A DNA stretch of 64,000 nucleotides from NCBI GenBank assembly GCA_043228905.1, contig JBHGNT010000001.1, positions 33,542,001 through 33,606,000 of the forward strand. The letters are read 5' to 3'. The stretch is from Azolla caroliniana (Eukaryota > Plantae > Polypodiophyta). Each line of letters starts with the position of its first letter. Position 1 is the stretch's first letter. The notes beneath the pieces were generated by a model. The model was not told the origin of the DNA. It was given only the letters and a program-made list of their open reading frames with translations, and did not search any database. This document shows, piece after piece, positions 25,801-38,326 of this stretch. The position numbers were made by a program, and so were the translations under genes.

Positions 25801-25938
25801 TAATTATATTTGTTCAAGTTTCAAGGCTCAGGATGTACACACACAAAAACAAGGTGTATGGTTATTGAGGTGAATCCTTGTGCTTTTCCCTTTTGAGAGA
25901 TTGCCCACATGTGAGGTTTTTTGTGTGCCCTAATTTTT

Positions 25939-25978
<40 letters not shown>

Positions 25979-28000
25979 TAATTAAATTAGGCCATAGGTC
26001 CACTATACCAAGAAACCTTAGATGCTTGAAATATTCTGGCAAATTGAAAATAAGTTAGTTATATATTGGGGAGTGATGGTGACAATAAAAAGTAGTTTTC
26101 ACTAGTCAAACTAGTGGAGTCATGCTTAGAATTCATGTCCTTGTCACATCTTTGTGCACAGATGCATATGTCACAATTATACAAGCATGCACACACACAT
26201 CGACAAAGTATAAGGTCACAATCAATACCTGGATGTATGCCAAGCTTCATTCATATTAGTATTTGTTACTTTATGTTGACACTTAGAGATATCAAATAAC
26301 TAGTACCCATTAGTGCCGAAATGAAAGAAGATTGGATAGTGCGAACATTAATGAGAATCTTTACTTTTAAATTATGCAAAAACATCTATTAGCACCCTAT
26401 ATTTGATAGATTATTGAAATTTGAGACATCCACAATTATATAAATTACTAGAATATTCCTCAACTTTCATATATGACAAATAAACATTAGACATCACTAC
26501 TTAATTGGACTTAAATGTTATTTAATTAAACTTAATACCCCCTTCACTAACTTGATCAACATTTGATTAAGCTTAACCACAAGTAGTGAATAATTAGGAT
26601 GATTAGTTGTGCCACCTAAAATGTACCATGACTTTTATGGTAGTTTTAGGGCATTCGGGCATCCTAGTAAAAAGTTAAAAATTTGGAAATATTCTTGTGC
26701 TTTTACCTTTAAATAACTACAATTATAGTTTTGATGTAGCCAAATGCATCTTTGGTTTGACGTTGACTAAAATCAGCTTGCACTTGCAACATAATGATAC
26801 TTATTTTGGTTGGGACTTTTACTTTCTTCATCCAAGACATATAGTAGTTTGAAGGTGTACTCAAAAGATTCTTTTTGTAGCGCGTGTACCACGCAACGTT
26901 TGCATGTCCTATGTCATGTTATGCAAAATTATGCTATGTGGAGGGAGAATTGCATAAATTTACCATACAGTTCATTTCTAACCTTAAGGGACGTTCATAT
27001 GATAAGGTATATAAATATCTTGCTTCATAAAAGAAGATCGACAAAAAAAAAAGTTGGTATATTATAATTGCATGTATATGTATAGATACGATTTTATTTC
27101 AACTTTACTATGAAATGTACCATATGCATAGGGTATAGATTTAACAAATCGATGCAAAATAATTATTATGGTTCATATTATTGGCAACAAGCATAAAGTG
27201 CAGGTTAATATGAGTAGAATTACACGGTTTGCAATAGAGTCAAATAAACGTTCATACACAGAAACAAAATAAGTGCATACCGTACGTGCAACAGAAAAGG
27301 ATGAAAACATCAATTGCATGTGGGCTTCATGATGATAAGAAAGCCTTTTCAAGTTGTCTCAGTTGCATAGTGGAATGATATTCCAAAATCCACACTTGCT
27401 GCATCTTTAAATGATGAAACAAATTTGGAGTATGGACCGAAAGGAAAGGATTTATAAGTGGAACATAGGGCCCATATTCTAAAACAAATTGTAGGATAAA
27501 ATTAGAATGTGTTGCAATGAAGGATCTATTGTGTGGGAGAAATTCAACAAAAAAAACCTATAAACTCCAAAGTCAAAGACTAACAAGATAGAATTCTCTA
27601 GAATAATCACACCAAGAAGATGATGGTGTACTAGGAGTGCTCTTTCAGTCTTTGTGTCTCCTAAATAGTTAGTAAATCGAACAAAGTGAGGTCCTACTCA
27701 ATAGATAAGTGGATATGGAGTTTATACAAGTGACATGTAGGAATTGATACCTCTACCATGGTCTTTATGCTTATTTGCCTCTCCCTACATCAACATTAGC
27801 AACTTATCCCGTTTAGAAATAATGTTGTCATATGTTGACCTTGCAATTTGTTTTCTCACAATGTATCCCCTTCTGTACAAAATGATATAGCTCATATATT
27901 AGATATAGAGAAACATTGTTGTTTTCTCACCTAGTGCAAGTGTCTCTTTGAAATTTAGGTTTTTGTATTTCGTATGTCACGAGGAATCTAGTGAATATTC

Positions 28001-28760
28001 GCTAAGATACCAATGAATTGTTACAAAGTTGTTTGAAACGAAAGTGGTTACGTTCAGCCATAGTAACATATCAATAAAAGATAAAGCCTAGCAAACAAAA
28101 CATTTATGTAGAAAATCATACAAGAACAAGTTGAAGCATGGGTAGGGCTTCTAAGGTTTCTTTCAAACAAGAATATGACATGAATAAGAACCACCTAGAG
28201 TGTAACAATCACAAGGCAAATATTGTTGGGAAGGAGAAGTTGTAATTAGCCTTGAAGCAAATATCTTTCTCCCAAAAACCTGACCTTAACCTTGTCATTA
28301 TTTATTCCTTCTATGTTTGTTGTAAGTTTAGAAGCTTGATGTACAATGGATTTAAGAGACTTGTAACTTATCACATAAGGGTCAATATATGAGTTTTCAT
28401 ACAATGATCAAGCATGAGTGAGAACCAATGCCAGCAAAGGACTACGAACCAAGGTCATATATGACATACAAACACTTTGAAGTAAAGTTGTGTGCAATTT
28501 TTTCCCTACCTCAAAATGGGATGAGTACCTAAAGTCTCTTAAATCCATTGTACATCAAGCTTCTAAATTCTTGAACCAACTAGAAATTTTGCAAGAGTAA
28601 CCCCCACCATATGAAAGTAAACACTTTCATTTCAAACAAATTTGTAACAATTCATTGGTACCTTAGCCACTTTCGTTTCGAATGAGTTACATATTGTTAC
28701 AAATGAATTGGCTAAGGTGCCAATGAATTGTTACAAATTTGTTTAAAACAAAAGTGGCAA
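28001..28760. repeat. Nested inverted/direct repeat complex (foldback/MITE-like) upstream of the HIPP gene
   Basis: A ~50-bp unit gctaag.t.ccaatgaattgttacaaa.ttgttt.aaac.aaagtgg lies at ~28001 (+), ~28622-28666 (-) and ~28711 (+). An inner ~38-bp inverted pair lies at 28325-28362 / 28532-28569. Confidence 0.8.
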
Positions 28761-29323
28761 ATGTGCAAATCCTTGGAGCGATGATTACAAGGTGAGTGAG
28801 CTGCAGTTGGAGCTGTAGTTGGAGCTGGAGGTCGAGCCTTTCTATTTTGTTCATCTAATCTTCAATTCAGTCTTGAGGCGAAGCGCTCGAATGAGGACTA
28901 AAAGATACAGGGGCCCACCAAGCCCTCTGTACGTACAACTTATGGTCATCGTGTGTAAGCATATGACCTAATAAGACTCCCTGCCATCGGCCATTGCCAT
29001 CAACATGTGAACTATCTAACTCTTCGCATTGCATTGAGTCACGAGGTTCGAAAGTGGGATCGTGTGTACATGGCCATGTTTTGCGACCGGACACTCACTT
29101 TCCAATCTTTCTTTCGATCGAACTAGTGTCACCTCCCCAAATTAATTGCATGGTACATATACATATACATATATATGTATATAAAAACATAACAAAACCT
29201 TCTTTGGCCAAGTAAAACCCAAAGTCACTAAAACAGAGCAATTCCTTCCTTTCAGTGAGCACCTTCTTCTTCTTCTTCTTCTTCTTCTTCTTCACGAGAG
29301 AGACAGAGTTCCCAGACAGAGAG

Positions 29324-30963
29324 ATGGCGAATGACAAGAAAACAGAAGGTGGGAAAAATCCTACCAAAGTAGAGGTACTCGCTTCCTTCCTCTCATCTCT
29401 TTTCTAATATTTCTTCTCTCTTTTTTGATCTCGGTGTTTTCCTCCTCCTCCTTCTCTCATTCTATGTTTTTGCCTCATTTTAGCTCAGTGTGTCTTATCT
29501 CTCTTGTCTCTTTTGATGCTCTCCTTTAGACCATCCATTTGAAAGTATTCATACATTGTGAAGGTTGCAAGAAGAAAGTGAAGAGAACTCTCAACGGCAT
29601 TGAAGGTAAAAAGTCATTGTTGATTCCTTTTCTCTTCTGCTTTTCTGAGTTAAAGCCATTATTTCTCTTTGATTTTGTCAGTCACTCTGCATTGTGCAAA
29701 CCTTATGTCCATTACCGTGTGAAATACGCAGTAATATAAAGCTCGATGTCAATGGAAATGCCCTTGTCTATGTGTCCGCATAAATAAGTAACTACTTTGA
29801 TATGTGTTGGATATCATGGCAGTATCATTGCTTTCGTCTCCATTTACCATGTGAAATGCTGTAATGATATGCAGTTGACGTAGTGAAAGGCACTATATCA
29901 TGGTAGATCAACATTGTTGACTTGTCCATTACCATATGAAATGCAGAGTAATATAAAAGGAGCGCTATGCCCTTGGATCATGTATGGTGGTCGTATTGTC
30001 ATGTTTCTGCTGATCAGTTGGGTTAATGAAGCGGAAGAAGCAGCAATAGTAATAGTGGGGTTTAGGGATATGCACACTAATGGAAGCCTATGCTAGGATT
30101 TAAGGGTTTAAGGATATATATATATATATATATATATGCAAATGTATATATAGTGTTTAATGCGATGCATGCATACATGGGCGTGGACATGCATCCAAGT
30201 AGTATATATAATCTAGCTTGACCTACACATAGGAAAATAAATTATATCAGGGTTTGTGGCATCATACATGTGCTGCTGTTGCATTTGTACACATATCTTT
30301 TACGCGTACACATCTCATCCACATAAATTTGCTTGGTTTTTTTCTTGGAGCTCAATATCTCTTAAATTGTTTCATATGTTTAATTTAGGTGTGCAATCTG
30401 TGGATGTGGATGGGAGACTTGGAAAAGTGACTATAACAAGCACAATGGACTCTGCAGTGCTCATAAAAAAGCTCGAGAAGGCAGGCAAAATGGCTGAGCT
30501 CATTCCAAATGGCGGTGGTGGTGGCAAAGGGAAGGAACAGCCTAAAGGAGACAAGAAGGAAGCAAATGATGAGACAATAGGAGCAAAAGAGAATGAGAAG
30601 AAGGGTGCCAATGGAACTGAGAACAACAATGATGACACAAATAAGAAACCAAATAGCAAAAATCAAGAGAACAACAAAAACAACAGCAATAGCAGTAACA
30701 ATGGTCAAGGTGGTAAAAAGAAGAAAGGTGGTGGTGGTATGGAACTGAGTGTGGAGGCATCAAATGAATCAGGTGCAGGCATGGGCTCATCTTATGAATC
30801 GGGTGTGAATACGTTCAATGATCCGGGTATGAACAAAAACATGGCTAATAGGAACATTGCCCCGATGATGGTTGAGACAGGTTATTCCACCACCATGGAA
30901 TCTGCAGAGTATGCAACCCATATGTTTAGTGATGAAAATGCCAACAATTGCATTATCATGTAG
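29324..30963 (+). CDS. Heavy-metal-associated isoprenylated plant protein (HIPP); exons 29324-29374, 29530-29605, 30389-30963
   Basis: HMA motif LKVFIHCEGCKKKVKRTL..IEGVQSVDVD...GKVTI, a G/K/N-rich linker, and C-terminal MFSDENANNCIIM (FSDEN + CaaX). Confidence 0.95.
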
Positions 30964-33639
30964 GACCTCATTTTTCCTTTATTTTTAACCATCATTATGA
31001 AATTAGTCTTTGTAGCCACCCCCCAATATTTCTTTTTGATAACCCAAATTATATTAGTCACCATATTTTTCACGAAGATGAAATAAGAAAAGCTGGTATC
31101 CTGTCAGGAATCATGGACAAAAAAGGAACTGAGTTTATTTGTCTATAGGTAGTAAAAGACAAAGCACATGGAAAGAGGGTTAAAAAGACACCGCACCAAA
31201 AAACAAAACCTATAACCAGGAACCTTGGCATATACTGCAATGCAAGCAGATCCAAGAGCAGTTTTCAATGTAAATAATGTCTAATTGAGCAGAGTAGTTA
31301 AATTTTAAAAAGGATCTCTGGTGGCATTTATGTTCTATGCTGCGTTTGTATCAATTATATGTATCTCTGTCTCTGTCTCTCTGTATATAAACCCACATGT
31401 ATATATATATCATGTGTATGTAACATTTTCATAAGCACGTGCATGCTCATTTACACAAGTACATCCACATCCATATCTATGCCACAAAGCGCATGTCTAT
31501 ACATATGCACAGGCACATGCATTTATATGATAGCGCATGTGCACATGAATATGAATGTGTATATTGTGAAAGTAGTTATTTGAGAGGACTAATGATTACT
31601 TGTCATTGTGGATGATTACTGAAATTTGATATAATTAGTATGAGTAATTTCAAGTAGACGTTTATTCTCTTTGGTAGTCACTACCATTGTAGCCAGATCC
31701 TAGACCTCCCACCAATATCTGTTTGTTAATCATCATCCATAAACAGAACTGAGCAAGAGTTTTGGATCAGACTTAATGCAGTTTGGGTAAAAACAAAATA
31801 CATCGTTTTGACCAAGTGTCAGATAGTTTTATTATTAAATGACACTTTGTATTCATGTTTAGTCACCAGCATCTAGTTACTCAAGATCTTGTCAACAAGT
31901 TTGTTGGAATCTTTCAGGCAATTATAACAGCTAACTTTGTTGGAATCGACATGAAATGTTGGGACAACTCTATGAGGGAATGCATATTTAGTTTTTATTT
32001 TCATTATGGCTAATGCATTATGTTTGTCTGTATTATTGTAGCCTATTACAGCTATGAATTATGATTATTTTAATTACAGCTAAGAAACAATTAATCAATC
32101 ATAAACGTACTCAAACATCATTCTTGATTTCCGTAAGATTCTTTAAAGCCCCCCCCCCACCAATAATTGTTTGCCTGAACTTGTATACGTCAAGTTGTAA
32201 TCTTGTGTTCTAATAATCTTTCATAATCTACAGTGCTCTCTTAGTCATCTTTTCCATCTTGTGTATTTTTAATCTAAAAATGAAAATATATCTCCACACC
32301 ACTTTTAGGAAACATCTTTATAAAGATTAAAAGTGGAAAATTATTTACACCTCATCAATTCTTACTCTTAGTGAATGATGATATACATATATACATACCA
32401 ATGTTTTGTAACAAGAAAAGTACTTACTAATCTATTATGAAAATCTCAGTATTACTAACCTGTGTTTAATACCCCTTTCCATGGCAATGATCTCAAGTGT
32501 TTTCCACACCAACCCCTCAAGTATCCACCCTCCTCTAACATGGGCTATACTCCCAAAGACATTATTGATATTGATGAAATTTACATAAATGGACTTATGA
32601 AGATTATGGAAATGTCATACTTAAACTAAAACTATGCCACCACACCATGGGGTAGAGCAACTTCAAATTTGTTTAAACTTGGTCAAATGTGTAGACACAT
32701 AATAGCACACTCAAACTAGTTTTCCAATTACTAAACATGCAAATATGCATAGGCTTTGTCATGTTTCATTAGAAAAACATATTTCTTCTGATCAATCCAC
32801 AAATGAAAATTCTCTGGCAAGGTAATGCTTATCAGTACTAATTCCAGGGAAGAAAAATATCATGACTACAATGCTTCCTTTACATATATACTTTGGTTAA
32901 ATGACTATTTACTATTTTCTTAAGATAAAACGCTAAAAATGTTAAAAAGGAATTCAATATATTAAGCACCTCATACTATATATACTACATACATATATGT
33001 ACATGGATAATATTGTCACAGTTACAAAGTTTGCAGTGAGGGGAGGGGGCCTCAATGCAAGAACCAAACAGTTGTTCTTCAGTACCTACACGGTGAAATA
33101 TTCACAATGTTACTGTAATTCCAATCAAGTTTCGGGTCTCCGAGGCATTACCCTGTAGAACTCACAAAAAACTCCGGCATCCCATCTATTCAAATTCCTC
33201 TCGGTCAACCATTTCTTAAAAACCTAGAAAAGAATGGATATTTTCAACAAGCATGTAGCAAGGGATGGTAGTTATTTGGATAGGTCAAACTGCATAAAGC
33301 AGGGAATTGCATTTAGGGTTAGTTATCTGGATCTTTTAAAATGCATATAGCATGGGATGTCAGATAAACAGAATGTCAGAGAAAGCCTTCATTCTTGTAT
33401 GTATATTTAAGGCTGAAGAAAGCTATTCTTGTTGGAACTACTTTCAATAGCTTGCCATTTTAATCCATTCTTCCGTTCAGAAAATGAATCGACCAAATAG
33501 AAATATGAACTTCGGTTTGCATTGGTACTCTGATTGAAGTTACTTTTGATAGTGTCTAGAAAGAACCCACACACTAATATTAGCTGGTCATTTCAAACCA
33601 TTTTTGGTTCAGAAATGAATCGGTCATGTTGTAAAAAAG

Positions 33640-36600
33640 CTATGAACTCGGAACTTTAGCCAAGCATGCATTCTTGCTGATGTATTGACAACTTTTCATG
33701 TGATTTCTGCTACTCAACTGCTGGCCAAAAACAAGACGAGAAGCAGAATTTTTCGCATGCATTGAGAATATGCAAAACATACTGACTTGCTGATTCAAAG
33801 AATGTGTGCCTTAGTTTCGGAGCTGTGGTAACAGTATCAGAGGACAGAGAATCTTCTTTCTTGCTACATTTGTTATCATCAATCTCTGGCTTACTAACCT
33901 TATTCATTCCTATGCTTGCATGTTTTAACTCAGAGTTATCATCTTCACTAGTTGTGCTAGACTTGATACATGAGCCTTCATCCATTACTTGCGCATTGTC
34001 AACTACCTCTGTCACAAGGGCTTTATTCACAAATGTAGAAGACAGTCCACTTTTATCCATCATCTCTCCTTTATCTAACTCGAAAAGCTGTGTCTCTTGA
34101 ACTCCATATTCATTCAAGCAACCATCTAACTGAATCTCATTAGTTCTACTGCAACTGATGGTCCTGTGAGATGGATTCATGTTTTGTGTTTCCATTGCTT
34201 TCGTGTTCCGAACATAGAAAAGTATATATGCTTTTTGCTCAAGCACGGTCCTTTCACTAACTTCAGAAACCTGGAACATGTTCAACCATCAATTGTTATG
34301 ACAAATGCCGAATGTTGAATGCGGTAAATACCCAACAAGTTAAATATTTAGAACACACTCGGAACATACCCTACTATCATCCATGAGATGCCACATATTT
34401 TTTAGTGTTCGCACAAAACAATAGTAGTGTCCCGAAGAGGTTGACCGACCAGAATGTACTAAGACTGCAAACAATGAGTATTTCAAGTCTTTGTCCTGTT
34501 GGGATGTCCAAAACATGTATCACCAGCAATTATTACATAGGGAAAGTAATATATAGCATGAGAATCGGTGCAAAAATTATTGAATACAAACAAATAACAT
34601 GTACCATGCGATTCAATGCAGATTTGGGATAAAGACCCGTACGCATAATGAAGACATAAAATGAGAATCTAAAGCTCCAAGACCAAGTGTATACATGCAA
34701 TAACTACATACAAACAAATAACATGTACCATGCAATTCAATGCAGATTTGGGATAAAGACCCGTACGCATAATGAAGACATAAAATGAGAATCTAAAGCT
34801 CCAAGACCAAGTGTATACATGCAATAACTACACATGGCAAATAAGGCACAAAAATGAAATCTAGGGAAAATTTGTAGATTGATTACAAGCAATCACTAGA
34901 GAAGGCTAATAAGACGAACATACAATGAGATTGAGAGCAAGATTGTAGATTGTGTACCAGCAATAATTAAGAAGGCAACTAAAAAACGAGAATAGGATAT
35001 AGTGCAAATTATAAATTTCTTATAAGAAATCAGTACAGAAGGAAAAGAAGATATATAATGAGATTAAGTGCAAGATTCTAGATTGTATACAAGCACTTAC
35101 TAGATAAAGTAAATAAGAATTAAAATGAAATGTAGGGCAAAGACTGTAGATCAAGATCAGGTGTAACAAGCTAAAATTGTATAAGGAAAATAGAGCACAA
35201 TAATGAGATTAAGTGCAAGTTCGAAGATCAGAACAAGAGTATGAAGTAATTATCAGATGCATCAAAGAAGACACAAAAGGATATGTCGTACATGATATCA
35301 ATTAAGCCCATTGTTTACAGAACACAAGTAATCATTTCATAAGAAATTAGATCAACATTATGGATCGAGTCCATACCTCTCCCCCACTTACAAACGGCTT
35401 CAAGTCAAGAGTTCTATCAAATTGGATCTTCTTGTCTATTTTCCCCGAGCTACTGAAACGCTTAAAATGTACTGTGAGAACCTGAGGTGCGGTATCGATT
35501 GTAAACTGTTTCAATGCACGTACTTTTTTGTTACATTTGCTACATTGGTATCTATTGTCTCCATCCAGGACCTCTACAGCAGTAAAGTGATTAAATGCCT
35601 TGTGCAAAGAATCTGCTCTTACAACTTCAAGGCTGAGATCTAGGAAAGGATCATAAGTGTTGGAACAATGTGAGCACTGAGCGCACTTCACCTAGCCATC
35701 AACCAAAATATAAGCTTTTTTTGGCAAAAAGGATAAAAAAAAGAAGCAAAATAGATCTCCCAAAAAGCATTTATACTTGGCTTCTTAGTTGTCCTCCGAA
35801 TACACTTTGGATGAAAGTTTCCCCTATAGGTAGTTCAATAGGAGAGCAATTTCTTAGTGCCTCTATCAGATACCTCATGTATTCATGAGCGTCTTCTTGA
35901 CGCCACATTCGGAAAGAACGTGAAATGCCTGGTATATTTCAATCATCAAGGAGGGACAAGATATTAAATACCTTCTGCACGTTTCAATGCTCTTCATATA
36001 AGAGAAAACACAATAATAGGATACAGGTCAAGTTCTTCACAAGAGAAGTTGGGGAGATAATCCTTTCAGGTGATCTGAGAACCTCCTTTACGTGATGTTC
36101 CAAAGCACACATGGCACAAAATCCTGCAACTTTGCCTGCAAAAATAAAACAACGAAGGATAAACTTATCACTCTTTCCAAAAGAGAGAAAGTTAATCGAC
36201 ATTCTTTTTTCTTTTCATTTTGAGATAAAATGTCATAGGAGCATGACTTTAAAAATGTTAGGAGCATGTGCTTGATACGTAAGAGGTCCTAGGATCATGG
36301 CATTATATGTTTGGCACATTCTTACAGGGAATAATCAGTTCAGATTTCCAAAACAATATTTATCTTGAGCAAAAATATATGCAAAGTTCCTCATTGGATT
36401 GATATCAAGCTTCTGCGATCTCATCAAAGATTAAAGTTTGTAATTTCTTCATATACAAACGCCCTTGAGATACCATTAGTTGACAGGATTCGCAATAAAG
36501 TACCAAACATATCAGATTCATCGAGATAACCTACTCTTGATGATCATTCAACACAAATCTACATCAAGAAATTTGGTAGTCTATACTCCAATATATATGA

Positions 36601-37490
36601 TGCACTATTTTCTTGACCTCCCAGACTTTTTGTTTTCCCTTTTAGGTGTTCTCCACCAGCAACTTCAGAAAACTCAATCATCGTTTTAGTCAATGAGGGT
36701 TTTAAGTTTTCTAGTGAATAAACTTGTGACCATACAATTGCAAGAACCAGAAGAGGTATTCTTGTGAGGAAAATCAAAGCTTACATGTCCTCTTATGAAG
36801 TCCATCGAGTAAGTAATGAGTGAGTGGAGGAGTGTAGGTGAGGCACTGGAGAACAGAGTTGAGGAAGCATGTGTTCCCCATGTTTGATAAACCAGACCCC
36901 TGATAATAATCAACGACACAACAATGGAAAGAAAATCAGGTCCAGAAATAGTTAGCATTTCCATGTATGAAAGGGATTCAGAAAAAGGACCATGAATGCC
37001 TCAGGGCAACACGAGCATCAGAATGCATCACAGGAAGAACAACAACATGAAAATTCTGTGGGTCTTGTGTACGTGTATATGTATATGTATATGTAGTAAA
37101 TGTAGGTGTAGATGTTTGCGTATGTGCTCTACATATTGGAGTACGTGCATATTCGCATGTAGATATAATATGTTATATGAATCATGTATATATAATATGT
37201 ACCATATGTGTATCTATACTCACAATTCGAGGAAGAGGCAGAGACGACATGCTGATAATGATGTGATGATCTGCAAAACCATCATTTTTCGTTGTGTTTT
37301 TGTACATGTTGTATGAGATGCTAATCGATTCTGATCTGTGTGCTGTCGATGGGGTCGAAATAATGGAGGAATCGAAGAAGGTACATGAATTAGGGCTGGA
37401 ATTGTTATGGCAAGAAGAATGTTGCTGGTGATGTTGGTATTGATGGGGATTGAAGTGGATGGTGTGAGGAATTATGGAGCCAGTGGCCAT
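33640..37490 (-). CDS. Ubiquitin-specific protease (peptidase C19, UBP23/USP36-42-like); exons ~37490-37224, 36899-36785, ~36137-36025, ~35928-35776, 35691-35377, 34495-34370, 34271-33783 plus an uncertain short last exon
   Basis: Cys box [60 protein letters not shown], His box [22 protein letters not shown]...WHLMDDSR, and KAYILFY. The stop is uncertain (33710 if unspliced, 33640 if spliced). Confidence 0.9.
34588..34832. repeat. ~122-bp tandem duplication in a UBP intron
   Basis: aaacaaataacatgtaccatgc.attcaatgcagatttgggataaagacccgtacgc...gcaataactaca occurs twice. Confidence 0.95.
34850..35235. repeat. Degenerate ~70-bp minisatellite in a UBP intron
   Basis: Recurring aatga.at...g.gcaa.att.tagatt...acaagca motif, about 5 diverged copies. 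Confidence 0.6.
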
Positions 37491-37662
37491 TCTTCTCCTT
37501 AACTCTTCTTTTTCTTCTTCTTCTTGATCTTTTCCTTGGTTTCCTGCCTGCTTCTCGATCCTGCTTCTTTTCCTTTCTGCCTTCTATTGTCTTCTTTGTC
37601 TTCCTTTCTTCTGCAGCTGCTTTCGATTCTCGTAGAGTTCGCAGAGACAGAGAGACAAGGGC

Positions 37663-37663
<1 letters not shown>

Positions 37664-37710
<47 letters not shown>

Positions 37711-38274
37711 AGAAGATGGTGTTGCTTTCTGCTTTCTGCTCTTCTTCTTCTTCTTCTTCTCCTCCCTCTCTGTCTATCTGTCTGTCTGTCTATCTGCTTA
37801 CTGATCGTCTGTCTGCTCCTGCAGAAGGACCAAACCATGACAGGCAGACAGGGGAAGAGGAGGGAGTCTAGAGAGAGAATCTAGAGAGAGAGAGGTCTTT
37901 TCTTTTTTTCCTTTCATCCTCTTCCATACAAAATTCAGAGATGAAAAGCCCCCCCTCTCACCTTCTTTTTCTTTTTCTTTTTTTCTTTTTTTCAATTTTT
38001 TTTCTTCCTTTCTTTTTTCTTTTATATGTATTTTTTCCTTTTTCTTTTTTCTTTTTTCCTGTTCCCCTTCCTTTTTCTCTAGGAATGGCTCTCTCTCTCT
38101 ATCTCTCTCTCTCTAGATGAAAAGACCCCTTTCCTTTTCTTTTTAATTTTTTCTTTTTTCTTTTTCCTTTTTCCTTTTTAATTTGTTTACATATATTAAT
38201 ATAAGTATTTTTTCTTTTTCTTTTTATTTTTTTATTTTTACTTGTTTCCCTGCTCTCCCTTCCTCTGGGAATGG

Positions 38275-38325
<51 letters not shown>
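37664..38325. repeat. (GA)n, (CTT)n, (CT)n tracts and a duplicated T-rich block upstream of UBP
   Basis: Microsatellites are visible. The block agatgaaaag.cccc...T-rich...ggaatgg..ctctctct occurs twice (~37938 and ~38115). Confidence 0.8.

Positions 38326-38326
<1 letters not shown>

Noticed and set aside
8031-30963. Functional cluster of metal-related genes (BtuF-like plus HIPP)
   Set aside because: About 20 kb apart with unrelated genes between; no shared regulatory signal seen.
37524-37995. Low-complexity ORFs upstream of UBP
   Set aside because: Translations of GA/CTT microsatellites in the 5' UTR/promoter.
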